Source: Lama glama (lineage: Eukaryota). Taken from it: a stretch of DNA of 63,826 nucleotides. A model generated the notes under the pieces. It was not told the DNA's origin. It saw only the letters and a program-made list of their open reading frames with translations, and made no database searches. Position numbers and translations under genes: made by a program. Below are positions 1-13,590 of the stretch, piece after piece (position 1 is the first letter of the stretch; the number at the start of each line of letters is the position of its first letter). The stretch lies in contig CM052816.1 of the NCBI GenBank assembly GCA_028534125.1, positions 6,760,175-6,824,000 of the forward strand, written 5' to 3'.

Positions 1-243
1 GGTTGCCAAGGGGGCGGGGGGGTGGGAAGGGACAGACTGGGATTTTAAAATGCAGAATAGATAAACAAGATTATACTGTATAGCACAGGGAACTATAAAC
101 AAGATCCTGTGGTAGCTCATAGCGAAAAAAATGTGACAATGAATATATATATGTTCACATATAACTGAAAAATTGTGCTCTACACTAGAATTTGACACAT
201 TGTAAAATGACTATTACTCAATTAAAAAAATGTTTAAAAAAAG
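1..243 (+). mobile_element. Young lineage-specific LINE-1, 3' UTR end and A-tail (truncated by window start)
   Basis: Near-identical to the L1 3' UTRs at 22915-23200 and 24518-24780 (ggttgccaagggg...aaattgtgctctacact...tgtaaaatgacta..actcaa + A tail). Confidence 0.9.
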
Positions 244-890
244 GTAGAAACTAAAAACAAAAGGAATACAGAAAAAGAAATTTCTAAGTACCTCTTCATT
301 ATCCTTCCTAAATCCAGAGAAAACAAAGTGTTTGATGCAATGATTTGACCCAGTAAGAGCCTTTACTCACATCTACCTCAATGATGCAAAGTCCAAATGC
401 TCCACAATCCACAGAACCAAAGATCTAGGTGGGTCTTTCTTGAGACTTTTGCTTTCATTTCCCAATCCCCAAAGACACAGAGACATTTTACCTCTGCTTG
501 ACTTTTAATGACAATTATGGAAGATCACAGTAGGAAAGAGTCTTAGATGATTAATGATGATAATTTCATAGACCAGCATTTTCTGTGTATGTGTATATAT
601 GCACACATGTGATATATGCACATACATATATATGTATACTTTTTCTTAATGAGGAGCTGGTCTAGTGTTCTCAGCTATTTTGTTAAATAACATTTTAAAA
701 ACAAAGATTTCCATCTTTGTGTCACCTCACTTAAATTAAAGGGGGGCACATTTTGATCAAAAATTTCAGGAGTGATAGAAGATAAACTTGACTTAAGGGC
801 AGTCTTTTCTCAGAAAGAAGAAATGATAGAGGTATACCAACACTCTCATCCTACGCAGGCAGCCCAGCACTAGGAACCACTGCCCTAGGG

Positions 891-1193
891 CTCTACTGTC
901 CTGTCGTGTAGCCACTGACCACGTGTGGCTATTGAGCACTTGAAATGTGATGGGCTGAAATGAAGATCTTCTGTAAAACACACGAGATCTCAACGATTTC
1001 AGTAAGAAAAAAATGTAAACCATCTCATTAACAGTCCTACCATGATTGCATGCTGAAGTATTATTCTGGAAACACTGGGTTACACAAATTACTAAGAATT
1101 ATTTTCACCTGTTTATTTTTACTTTTTTAATACAGCCATCAGAAAACTTACAATTACCTGAGGCACATGTTGTATTTCTGTTAGATAGTGCTG
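891..1193 (-). mobile_element. MER33-like hAT-Charlie DNA transposon
   Basis: gtagccactgaccacgtgtggctattgagcacttgaaatgtg and ttcacctgtttatttttactttttt match recalled MER33. Degenerate 8-bp TSD ccctaggg/gcctagag. Confidence 0.8.
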
Positions 1194-1805
1194 GCCTAGA
1201 GTAACTCTCCCATTATACAGGTGGAGAAATTCAAAGAGAGAATCTCTGTACAAAGTAAACAAAACAACAACCACAACGACAGTGAGATATGGATAACGTT
1301 GAAAGAGCACTGAGTGGAAATTACGACACATGGGCTCCGGTTGTGGGCCCACCTCCCACCTACTGGGTGAGCTAAGTCAAGTGGTTCTTCTTCACTGGGC
1401 TTCAGATTCTTCACTGCTCAGATGAGGGAATTGGGTGGGGTGGCATCTGAGGTTTCTGCCACTCTGACCCTCTCAGCCTCCCGCCTCTGGGCAGGCCATC
1501 GCTCAGACTGCCCAGGATTGGAGGCTAATTTTCTAGCTTCACAAGAATCTCCAGGGAAGGAGCCCTGGAGAACCCCATGGCTGACACACGTCAGGGTGTC
1601 ACAATATTGATGATGTTCCCTGAGAACACAGAGGCCGCCTGCCTCCAGAGCTGAATGTGTAACTGTGTAATACGAGCAACTGCCAAGGCTAAGCCGTCAG
1701 TCTTCTTCCTCAGCACCAAGCCCTCTTTGACAGCAGAGGCTCCTTGGTAAGAAGGAAAATATTTAGTGAGCATTGACTCTGTCCCCAAGACTGAGCAAAG
1801 TTCTT

Positions 1806-2262
1806 TGTTATCAGCTGAATTACGTCTCTCTCAAAAAAGACATGTTGAAGTCCTAAGCCTCAGTATGTCAGAATATGGTCTTGGTCAGAAATAAGATCTT
1901 TACATAGGTAATCCAGTTAAAACGATGTAATTGGAGTGATCTACAATCCAGTATCCTTATAAAGGAGGGAATTCAGACACAGAGGCAGACACACAGAGGG
2001 AAGATGATATAAAGACATGACACAGGGAGAAGACAGCTTTGTGACTAGAGTGATGTATCGACAAGCCAAGGAACACCCAAAATTGCTGACAACACCAGGA
2101 GTTAGAAGAGGCAAGAAACGATTCTCCCCTCAAGCTGGCAGAAAGAGCATGGCTCTGCTGATACTTTGCTTTTAAACTTCCAGCCTCCAGGATTGTGAGA
2201 CAATAAATTTCTCTTGTTTCAAACTACCCAGTATGTAGTACTTTGTTACATCAGCCCCAGGA
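1806..2262 (+). mobile_element. MaLR solo LTR (MLT1C-like)
   Basis: tgttgaagtcctaa, caagccaaggaacac, cttccagcctccaggattgtgagacaataaatttct and tactttgttacatcagcccc are MLT1 hallmarks. Confidence 0.85.
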
Positions 2263-2699
2263 GTCTATTACCATATTTAATCTCCCCAATAACCCTATGT
2301 GATAGGTACTACTTGCATTGTCCAATTTGCCAGTGGGTAAAGGAGGGGAAGGAACTTGCCCAGATAATAGTGTGGCAGGGTAGGGTGGGGTGGGGGACCA
2401 CAGGTGAACTCAGTCATCCCAGCTCTTAGCTATTTTGCTCTAATGTCCCCAGTAGAGAGGAAAGAACATGAAATAAGAGGCCCTAGATCAGCACTGGATC
2501 TTTGTTACATGGTCCTGAGAAAGTCATTTCACCTCTTGAGACAAAAGAAATGACGACATGGGTTCTAACTAGGAAGATGACTTTAAGACCTGACACAGAT
2601 TAATAAAATAAAATCTATATATGTTGATAGATGAAATGTGTTGAGCAAGGATTAACAATCAGACAGCTCTCTCCTCTGACCAACCAGTAGATGATTATT

Positions 2700-2832
2700 A
2701 CCCACCATGGAAACCACCGTCACCACTATGACCACTTCAGCCTCCTCTACTAACACTGTGACCACAACTGCAGCTGCCACTCCTACCACCAGTGCCTCAA
2801 TCTTCTCATACCCACTCCTCCCCCCACCACCA
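2700..2832. repeat. Degenerate (CAC/CAN)n low-complexity tract followed by a MIR fragment
   Basis: Period-3 accacc/accact/actcct repeats. They produce the Val-rich spurious ORF 2652..2897. Confidence 0.7.
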
Positions 2833-3909
2833 TACATCACATTTATTGATGACTTATTATGTGCCAGGTAGAGTTGCTGTCCCCATTCTATAGACAAAGA
2901 AACTGAGGATTGGAGAGGTTAAAAAAATAGATCACACAACAAACAAAAGGAGGACTTCTAAAAGAAAGAATTTAAAGCTGCTCGCTATTCCTCACGTAAG
3001 GCCCCTCATTACTCCTCCCTCCCTGGGGCTGAGATCAAGGACAGGATATTTCACTCATGAAGAGGAGAAATGTTGATCTTCTCCATTCCAGGACACAGTA
3101 TGGTGCTCTAGTCTCAGTGAGCAGAACTTTCAAAAGGATATGATGTGGCAATTTAAACAAATAGACTCTTTCCCCTGCTATCTCATTCCGCACAGCCAGA
3201 ATCTGGCTAATGCTCTTCTTCCCAAGAGCCTGGAGAAGGGAATTTCTCTACTGGAGACTGTTCTTCCAAGAGAAAGTCCAGCCATGTTTTTTCCTCTGCT
3301 CTGTCTCTAGAGCACCTAGGACCTAGTCTATAAAAGTCCAGGGCAAATGACCACAAATTCCTACACACCATCTCTCCATGCTACCCTGTAAATAACTTGT
3401 CATATGAGAGGACAGATTCTGCTTGGGCATTGGGTTAGAAAGAGAACACATCTTTCATCTTGTTTTGAGGTTCCTCAAATGGAGAAATGAATCCTCCCTA
3501 AGCCTAGCATGATTCACTTTCAGTTCTGTACCAGGTGTGGGGTCCAAAACCATGGCTAATAACGAGATTACTCCCATTGCTTTGCATGAGTCTCCTCTGA
3601 GGATCTTGTAGGGCCTAGTGGCCAACTGAGGACAGGACTCTCTTTTCCCACATGGCCAAGCACCATCATATTATCTTAATTGCACCATGACCTCTAATAG
3701 TGTTACAATCCATGGAGACAGGGAATGTAGTAAAATGAGCAATTTTGGTGATGGGTAATGATGGGAGCAAAGGCTAGGTTTAATTCTGAGATACCAGTAG
3801 ACATCTATTGGGTAGCTGAATAAACAGAAGCTCAAAGAGAATTCTAGGCAAATAGAGATTTGGTATGAGTATATACATGGTGATTGGTGTCATGTAAGAA
3901 GATGTACTT

Positions 3910-3969
3910 ATTTTTAAACGTTTTTATTGAGTTATAGTCATTTTACAATGTTGTGTCAAATTCCAGTGT
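3910..3969 (-). mobile_element. 60-bp extremely 5'-truncated young L1 with 13-bp TSD
   Basis: The reverse complement is acactggaatttgacacaacattgtaaaatgactataactcaataaaaa, identical to 24728-24776. Flanked by agaagatgtactt (3897-3909) and agaagatgtagtt (3970-3982). Confidence 0.9.
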
Positions 3970-4899
3970 AGAAGATGTAGTTTCATACAACAAATACATG
4001 TGAGGAGAAGGCAAAATCTGTAAGAACATAATCCTGAGAAACAGCTACCTAACCTTTCTGAGACTCATTTTTTCTTGTTTATAAAATTGAGGATTAAAAA
4101 TAGCTCCCCTGTCATAAGGTGGTTGTGAGACTGAATGAGCTAATACATGTAGACATTTAGTAGTGTCTGGTTTAAAAAATGTGCTAAATAAACAATAATA
4201 GTTAATTGTGTTACTATTCTACTGAGATGGCAGGGAATGAGCTAGGGGTATAAGGTCATGAGAAAAGCAGGTAGCTAGAGGAGTCACCGTATGCTGACCT
4301 CTATTTTCCCTGTGCAGTAGACAGCAACTCTACATGTCAACAGTGAAGTCAAGGTAGTGAGATTGGAGGCTGGGAGATAAGTAATGTGGACTGGTAAAAA
4401 ACTTTTCTGAGCAATGAGGCACTAAAGACAGGTAGAAGGAACACTGGGCAGTGTAAAATAGGCATCTGAGATGGGTATCTATAAATCTGTAGAACTAGAA
4501 AAGCTTAATGCTATATAATTTTACTCCTACATCATCAGCAATCCTAGTGGGATGAGCCAGGTCTATAAATTAGCACCACTGACTCGTTAAATAACAAAGA
4601 GGTTTGAGAGTTGAGGGCACAGGTGGGTACAGATGTGATAGGGTGCTCTTCAGTCCACATTTCTGGGACAGACTATAAATACCTGAGTACACTATATCAA
4701 TGTTTTGACTTGGAACCCTGGGGGTAACTTCTTCCATCCCCAGTCTATACTTCCCACTTTCTTCATCTTCACACATCCTGATTAATTTCTTTGTATCTTC
4801 CATACCAGACTGTGAAGGCCCTGAAGGTGAGACAGCATCCATATCACACCCTGCACATGGTCAGCGTGAGGTACTTCTAGTAATGAACATTGGGAAGAA

Positions 4900-5125
4900 A
4901 CAGGAGCTCTGGTTCCAGACAGCCTATGTTCAAATCCCAGCTCTATCATTCACAATCTGTGGGACCTTGGCTGAATGATTTAGGATTGCTAAGTCTCAAT
5001 TTCCTTATCTATAGAATGGAAATCCTACTTACTTAACAGAGAAGTTTTAAGGTTTAGATAAAACACCACACAAAATGCCTAGCCCACCACCTGGCCATAA
5101 CAAAGATTTCTAAAATGTTAGTAGT
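4900..5125 (+). mobile_element. MIR SINE
   Basis: ttcaaatcccagctct...gaccttggc...tctcaatttccttatctatagaatgg MIR core. One of roughly 25 MIR fragments, e.g. ~4030-4200, 10200-10370, 13660-13820, 14390-14570, 35560-35750, 41330-41540, 45845-46040, 50860-51045, 56430-56650, 57690-58050. Confidence 0.8.
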
Positions 5126-6289
5126 TGCAATAAATAAAATGACTTTAAACCAGATTGTAGCATGTTTGTTAGGGGTGTTGGATCAGATTCATTCTAATCC
5201 AAAAGGGGATGCAGTAATGCAAAGTGAATGGTGGAGTCAAGAGAAGACATGAAAAAATATGAGGGCCACTCCAAGCTGGAGGCAGGTCTCCCCACTGAGC
5301 ACCGCCTGAGGAAAGGCTGTTTGCCAGGACCTCTGAGTCCAGACAACTTCTCCAACATAATTGAGAAATATGTTCTCATGCATTCCTAATTGGAGAATAG
5401 CAGATGGCAGAGGTGTTTGTTTAATGAAATATGTCCATTCGATTAAGCTGGGTCATTGGGGATTTAGGACTTCAATACGATCTCACTGCTGTTCTTCCTC
5501 CGGGGAGACCAGGAAAGTTTCAGGGATTTTAACAAACTTGGATTAAAGGTTGAAGAAGGAACAATGCCAGTGGAGGAGAGGAGAAACTCAGAGCTAATCT
5601 TTTGAATGTCAAGCTGTATCTGTATTTTCATCTGTGGCAAAGAACCACTGCATTGAATGTCTTTTGTGTGAGCTTTGGGCATGGGGGGAGCACAGAATCA
5701 ATCAACCAACCTACTCGTAAGCCAAACAAAATTAACTGATTGGGGTCTTCCACACACAGGCTGTAAGTTTCCTCCTCTGTGTCCTGCCTATGCTAATCTC
5801 TCTGGTTAAGATAACTTTCCTGCCTATTTCTGTCTGTTCAAGACTCTGCTTGTGTGTGAGTGTGTGTGTGTACGTGCACAGGAGCATAACCTCCACCATG
5901 GAAACATCCCAAATTTCCTACCGGAAAGACAATACAAAAACCCTCAAGACACTTGATCTGAATCTCTATAACATTAGTTTCTAATTTGAATTATTTCTGT
6001 TCACATCTATACAAAGCTTTTGAGATAGTTGTTCTCCTTCCTGAAAAGCTTACTCTTTACAGCCTTGGCTTTTAAGCTCAGTGGGTTCACAGAGTAGGAA
6101 AAGACAAAGCATATAAGGGGAGAAAGTCCCAAATCCCCTCCTGGACTTTCTGCTCAACCTGTACCTCTTCTCCCAACCAGAGAGAAGCAACAGTTAATCT
6201 GATCTGAAACTGTCTTTCCTGGGCTTCTGGGAAACCACATGCTCCTCGTTTTCTTCCAGACTCACTTGCTGAAATTTCTGAGTCTCCTC

Positions 6290-7375
6290 TGATCAATCTT
6301 CCTTCTCTTCTATGTTTCTAAATATTGCAATACTCCAAGATTCAGTCATCACACCTCTTTTTATTTCTCCCCATTCTCAGTCCATATGTGATCTCATCCA
6401 GTACCATGACTTTAAATACTATCTGATGTTCTGAGACACTCAAATCTATCCATTTCAGTTCTGACTATTCCCTAGTAACCCAGACTTAAATATGTAACAA
6501 CCTACTCTACATCCACATGAAGCTTGAGATACCTTAAATTTGATAGGGCTAAAACAGAACTATGAATTTCGCTCCTTACCCTGTATTACTAGCCATCCAT
6601 TTCTCAGATCAATAATCTAGAAGTCATCCTTTATTCTTCTCTTCATTCCTCTGATCCTATCCATTAACAACTTTCATCAATTATACCTCTAAAATAAATC
6701 CTGAATCTCACCATTTCCCTGCTAACAGCATGGCCCAAGTCACCATCATCTCTTGCCTTGGAAATCGCAGCCTCTCCATTCTCGGCTCCCCTATACTTTA
6801 TCCTTCGCTTAGCAGCATAAATTAGTTCACATATTCACCATTAGAATCTCTTTGTGGTTTCCTATCACACTTATAACAAAATTTAAAACCTCTTGAATGA
6901 TTATTTTTAGAGCCCTAAATGATCCAACGTACCTATCTCTGACATGAAGTCCCAACACTGCCAGCCACTTGCTGCAGTTCAACCACACTGGTCTTCTTTT
7001 TGTCACTTACACATACTGCGATCACCCCTAGAGTTAAATTTCTGCACTTGCTGCTCTTCTGCTTGACACACTCTTCCCCCAGTTCTTGGCATGACTGCCA
7101 CCTTCTCAGCATTCAGGCTCTACATTCTCTCTCCTTAGGAGAGGTCTTTCCTGACCACCAGAGCTAAAGTAGCCTCTCTCCATATTACTTACTGATCTTA
7201 TTTTCTTTGAAGTACATAACAGTGCCTGAAGTTTCTGCCTTATTTATTTGTTCATATTTTAAAATTCTGACTCACTGGAATGTAAACTGTTGAGGACAGG
7301 GCTTCTGATTATCTTGTTTACTTCTGTGTCCACAGTGCTGTCACAGAACAGACAAACGACATTTTTGTTAATCGA
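6290..7375 (+). mobile_element. LINE-2 3' region
   Basis: Pyrimidine-rich L2 body ending aatgtaaactgttgaggacagggc...cttgtttacttctgtgtccacagtg. Confidence 0.8.
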
Positions 7376-7399
7376 CTGCCTTGGTTTAGATACTATGGC

Positions 7400-9825
7400 T
7401 AGAAAGAGGAAGAGCTTGGACTGTAATTCAATTATTGGCTTCTTAACATGTTTACCTCTTTAACTTCAATGACTTTCATCTTCTTCAGCCACATACTCCT
7501 GGCCATGCTAACCACTGTCCCCAGTGCTGTTTCACTCAAGACATTTGATTCAAACATCCTTCATTATGTTTAGATACAGCCAGCCTTTCAGTTCCCTAGG
7601 ATTCCCCCATACTTGTTGTTCCTCCTTTTGAAATGTCTAGCCCCTGGAATCCCGTCTATCAGTCTCTTCCTATATTCTATTTCACAGGTATTCAACTAAG
7701 GCTCTATGATAATGAATCACATAAACCTTGATTGAAAATTGTCTTTGCTCATCCAAAACCTCAACTCTGAGTTAATCCAATGACTGGCCTTTCTTTCTCC
7801 TACATCAGGGCTACTCTGTCTATTGGAAAAAATTCCAGTTTGACATCAATACAAATCCACTGTCTCCAATGCCACCTGGCAATTCTCCTATGTTTCCTTG
7901 TTCAGTGCTCTTTCCCATGTAACACAGGGGATGTCCCAAAATGTGTTTAGCTTCTGTACCACTTATTCCATCACTCTTCCTCACTCTCAATCAAAGTGGA
8001 CAACTGTATCACCTATGACAGACAATGGGAGCCTTTGCATTTCATACTCTCCTGCACTCCTATTGATTAATCCAGCTCCCTTCTATGTTATCAAATCCTG
8101 CTTATCTCCTAAATCTATTCCAGCAGCATTTAGACATGTAAAATTCTCTCCAATCTTATTTTAAAAACAAAAATTCTATCTTCACATACCAGTCTACATC
8201 CCATTTCTCCCTTCTCCTTCAAACAAGTTTCCTGAAGGAATTGTCTACACTAGCTAACTCCACTCTTTCACATTCTATTCTCATGTCCACTCTTCATCAT
8301 CTTGTAATATAGTTTTCTCCCCTATTACTTCATTAAAATTACTCTTGTTAAGGGCACCAATGACCTTTGTCACTAAATCCAAGGAACAAGTTTCAGTCCA
8401 CTTCTAAGATCAGTCATTAATATCTGTGCAACAATGAACACTTTAAATGGCTTCTGTTTTTAGATCTTCAACATTATAATCCCCTATTTTAGTCACACTT
8501 ACGCATCCAGCTATTTCTTCTAAATCTCCCTTCAAGTCTCCCCTTCTTCTGCCCACATAGTGATTTTTTATGCCCATTATGAGTTTTTTCTTTTGTCTCT
8601 TCTCTTCTTGCTATGTATTACCTTTTCTTTTGAAGAAATCTCATTAATCACTTGGCCTAAATTATCATGTATGAGCTGGTGACCACCAAAATCTATACCC
8701 CAGCCTAGATATCTCTCTCTCTCCCTCTCTCTTTCCCTCCCCCCCGCCCTTTCTTCTTTCTTTCTCTTTCTCTCTACCTATTTAACTTTTAAATATCCTA
8801 CAAACACCTCAATTTTAAAATGTCCAAAACTGAATTTACTGTCTTTTCCTTTTTCCAAGACTCATCTACACCCAGCAGCCATTCTCTTGGTGAACAGCAC
8901 TTTCAGGTATGTAGTCACCCAAACACAAACAAAAATCTTCCTCAACATCTTTAACTTCCTCATCTCCTACACTTAATTTGTCATAAAGTCCTTCTGATTC
9001 TACCTCATAAATGCATTTACTTAGTTCAAATCCACTCACTGACTTTACAGAATCAGCTGTGTTTCTGGTCTCCTTACCTGTAGACTTCCTCCTCTTAAAC
9101 AAGCTTCCTCAGTACAGCAAGACTGACCGTCCAAAGCACAAACTTATTCACGACATTCTTATGCCTTGAAACTTTTAATGGCTCTATATTGCCTTTACAA
9201 TAAATTCCAAATTCCTCTTCATGATATAGAAGGTCATAATGCTTAATTCCTGCTTACCCCACCAGCTTCAGGTCTTGTCACTCCCCCTTATAAGCTGAGC
9301 TCTAGCAAAGCTAAACCACTCTACCTCTTACAGTCTGTAGACCATGCATCTTGTCCATTACTTTCAGGTGTTGACTCATGTTATTTCTGTCACTCTGTCC
9401 AATCTTCCTCCACTCCTTTCCCAGGAATTCTTTATTTATTCTTTAAGTCTCTGCTTAAATACCACTTCTGCAAGAGGTCCTTCCTGTCTCTTTGAATTTG
9501 GGTGTCTCTCAAGAGCTCCCATAGTACCTTAAATTTATCCCTATTATGGCACTCATCATGCTTACTTTAATTTGCCTCTTTTCAAACAGCTTAACTGAGG
9601 CTATAATTACATACCATAAAATTCACCCACTGAAAGTGTATAATCTAATTAATTTTAGTATATTTACAGAGTTGTAGAACAATCTCCACAATCTAATCAT
9701 AGAATGTTTCTGTCACACTTCTTCCTAGTGTGTAAGCAATGTTTTGCTGATCTTTACACGCTCAGGGCATAGCGTAGTACCTGTCACCAAATAAGTATTT
9801 GTTGAACAAACAAAGAATGAATGAC
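7400..9825 (+). mobile_element. Long degraded LINE-2, interrupted by an old L1 3' fragment (~9575-9720, minus)
   Basis: L2 motifs (ttgttaagggcaccaatgacc, aaacacctcaa..aaatgtccaaaactgaa) and a terminal tatttgttgaacaaacaaagaatgaatga. Confidence 0.75.
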
Positions 9826-10429
9826 AGGAAAATTTAATGCCAAAGCCATGACATACTGCATTTCTCTTTATGAGATATGGCAACCTAATTTTGAAGCTCA
9901 CTTTCATACACACTCTCCATCCTCTCTGTGACATTTCACCAACTTCCCCACATGGCAGTCAATGATAAATTTACTCTGACAGAGAAAATGGGACTTTAAA
10001 ATATCCAAGGGGCAAGAAATCCAACATTTACCGGTGATTCAAGCATGTCTAGAAACTCATATTTGCCCAAAATGAAGTTAGGTTTCTTCCCCAAACACCC
10101 GAGATTTCCTCCAGTAATATTCACCAGAATGGGTTAAAGTAAAATGTCTACTTCTTGAGTTCTATTCTCTTTATTTTTTCTGCCCTTCTAAAATCCTCAG
10201 GCTGAGAGTCCAGAGACCTATGTTCTGGCCATAATTATGTCAACAACTGGTCAAGTGACTCGAGATAAATCACTTCACATCCCTGTGCATGAGTTTCCTT
10301 ATAATATCCATCTTATCTCTCTCTACTTCAATTTAGAGAAGATAAAGTAAGCTAGAGGGTAAAACAGCACTTTAAAAAATGAAAAGCACCATGCCAGTAT
10401 GATATATTTGAATTGGTTACCACTCTCAT

Positions 10430-10869
10430 TGGTATATATTAATCACCTTATTTATTTAAAGACGTTTGTGATGAGAACTATTACTACTCCCCAAAACTGA
10501 CCTTCAAACATACAAAATCTTTCATGCATGAAGTTGATGCACTCTGCTAAAGGAAGAGGGTTTCTGATCTTCTTCAGAGACTGTTCTCACTTCACAAATA
10601 ATACTCATCAACATGGTTATACTGTTTCCCAAACCACAGCAGATTAGAAATAGAAATGAAAAGGGCTAGAGGAGCAAACATGTCGAGAACAGGAAGGGTG
10701 ACAGCTGACAATAGAAAAAACAGCAACATTATAGAAGCAGATATAAGAACTCAAAAAGTATAGCCAGGGGCCATTCAGAATAGACGTGTGTGGTCCCTCC
10801 ACCAAGTGAGTCCTACAGAGCAAAAGATCACTGTTCATGATGATGATTCTGAGTCACTGGAAGACTCCA
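10430..10869 (-). other. Candidate terminal exon of an unidentified minus-strand transcript
   Basis: Strong acceptor ctttctctctttctcaaacag| at 10870 and AATAAA on the minus strand at 10451-10456. No homology evidence. Confidence 0.3.
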
Positions 10870-12309
10870 CTGTTTGAGAAAGAGAGAAAGTGTAATTTTT
10901 AAATACAAGTTAACTCCTGCTCTTTAATTCTTAATACAGAAATGAAAACAGATACTATGACCTCTAAAATACTAAATTAATGCTTTTGGTAATAAAATGA
11001 CATTGACTTCATGTTATACCCAAGACCATTTACTGAGGCTACTTTTCTATATTTTCTGACTTTTTTGAGAACAGATGAGAACACTCTTTATTCCTAGTTG
11101 AGAAATAACTCTTTCCTAGGGAACACAGAATTATTTAGAGAAAGGACAACCCATAAATTTTACTGGGGTTATGTCAAACGATCCGGGGACTCATTTCAGC
11201 AAAGACAATTTATTATACAACTTCCTAGGATGTAATACAATTTGTAATTGTACATTTCTGTTTGTGATTATCTGCTTTAGTCTCATTCTCCCCACTAAAC
11301 CACAAGCTCCCTATAGGCAAGGATTATATTTATTTTGAACTCACCACTGTATCTCAAAAGCCTAGTAGAGTGCCTGGAATATAGGAATTACTCACATGTG
11401 TGGTGTTATTACATGAATTAATGCCATGGAAAGTATCCCACTCACCCTATTTGTACATTATACTCTAGAGTCATCATCTTAATTTCTTCACTTCCCAGTG
11501 AAGATAACCCTGCGAGGTAATAAACCCTAAAATGTTAGTACAATATTTTACTTTTGCAGCTAAAAGAATTGTGGTTAAAAAGAAATAAAATCATGCACCA
11601 TACATTTGGCTATAGAGATGGACCATGGATTCATTCCCATGTGCTTCCTACTATTCCATACATGGAAAGAAATTGATGTCAAGATTTCAGGTAGATTTTC
11701 TAAATTGTTTGTGGGAAAGTTGTATTGATAGATGTTCACACAGAGAGATAAGATAATATATTAGTAATAAGGGAAAAAAAGTGAGATAAACAAATAATTT
11801 CTTCCTAGAACTCTGTCTCTGGACACTTGGTCCACTGGCAAAATTGTTCACAAGATATTCTCAAAGTCCCTGGATATGGTTTTGCTCAATTAAAACCTGA
11901 TTATTTCTGTCCCTAGGATCTGAAGTGAGCTATGAAATTAAGAAAATTGACTTCGTCAGGTTTCAAGTTTCCTCCCTTCTTAGACCCAAGAAATTAATTC
12001 CTCATCAGGCTGACAAACAGACATGGCATCTGGCATCATCATTACAAATTTGTGCACCCCCATAATTGCCCTACTTAAGGAGCCTGGGTTGTTTGACATC
12101 ATAGTCAATACTGTTGGCAACTTTTTACCTATGATAGTGACTGTCAGTAGATACTCATTTATTGAAGAAAGAACTACGGATGGACAGATGGATGATGATA
12201 ATTATAATGATAATCCTGGTAATAGAAGTTATCCATATTCTTAAGATACTGACATGTGATACGCCAGCCACAGCAGCAGCATCCACTGTTTACATGTAAC
12301 TAGCATTAC

Positions 12310-13590
12310 AAAATTAGTAGATATCCATACATCCAAAAAAACCCCTCAATGTATACATCACATTTGATATAAAAATTTACTCAGCATGGATTATAGACCT
12401 AAATCTTAAACTTAACACTATAAAACTTCTTGAAGAAAACATTGGTGAAAAAAAAATCTCTGTGATTTTAGAGGAAGTGAAGATTTCTTACACACAACAC
12501 GTAAAGCATGATCTATAAAAGAAAAACTGATGAATTGGATGTCATCAAAATCCAAAACTTCTCCTCTACAAAAGACACAGTTCAAAGAATGAAAAGATAA
12601 AAAAAAAAAAGAATGAAAAGATAAACCATGACTAGGAGAAAATATTAATATAACACCTATCTGACAAAATACTTGTAACCAAAGTGGATAAATAATTTTC
12701 AAGATTGATGCTAAGTAAACAAATTACCCAATTTTTAAAAAATGAGCAAAAGACTGGAAAAGACATTCCACCAAAGATAAAGTGGTGGCAAATATGCACA
12801 TGAAAAGATGCTCAACAACATCTGTCATTAGGGAAATTCAAATTACAACTACAATGAGATATCATGACACATCTACTTAAACACCTAACAGTTAAAAGAC
12901 TGGCCATACCAAGTATTGGGGAAGAAGTGGAGAAACTGCAATTCTCATATATTACAGATGGGAATGTAAAAGATCACAGTCACTTTGGGAAACAGTCTGT
13001 CAGTCTCCCATAAACGTGTATTTATCCTATGACCCAGCAATCACACTCCTAGTTATTTACCCAAAAGAAATGACAGTTTATATTTACCTAAAACCCTATG
13101 TTTATAGCATCTCTATCATCATTGCTCCATATATTGCAAATAACAAAATGTCCTTCAGCTGGTGGTGAATGGATAAACAAACTGTGCTATATCTGCACAA
13201 CAGAATACTATTCAGCAATGAGCAGAAATGAAACAATGATATAGATATAGATACAGATAGAGATATAAAACAACATGGATAAATCTCATGAATTATGCTA
13301 AGAGAAAGGAGGCAGTCTCAGAGACTACAAAATGTATGGTTCCAGTTAAATGACATTCTGAAGAAGACACATTTACAGGAACAGAAATAGATCATTTTTA
13401 CCATATCTAGGAGTAGACACAGGGGTTAACTAGAAAGGGAAAAAGTTGGGAATTTCTTGGAGTGATGAAACTATTTTGTATCTTGTTTGCAGCGATGGTT
13501 ACATGACTGTGTGAATTTGCCAAAACTCAAATAAGTCTATGTAAAAAAAAAAAGGAAAAATTTTATTATATGTAGTTTAAAAATAAATGT
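12310..13590 (+). mobile_element. Old L1 (L1MB/MC-type) ORF2 end and 3' UTR
   Basis: atgaaaagatgctcaacaacatc, tatgacccagcaatcacactcctag, gtgaatggataaacaaactgtg. Confidence 0.85.

Noticed and set aside
585..640. Self-complementary TA/CA/TG tract (also 55180-55240) as a possible pre-miRNA
   Set aside because: Low-complexity alternating purine-pyrimidine microsatellite; hairpin potential is trivial.
4750..4820. Exon-like PSQSGMEDTKKLIRMCEDEES (minus)
   Set aside because: The acceptor is plausible but there is no good donor; likely chance.
5483..5536. Possible terminal coding exon FVKIPETFLVSPEEEQQ* (minus)
   Set aside because: Uncommon AAG acceptor, no recognised protein, no linked upstream exon I can support.
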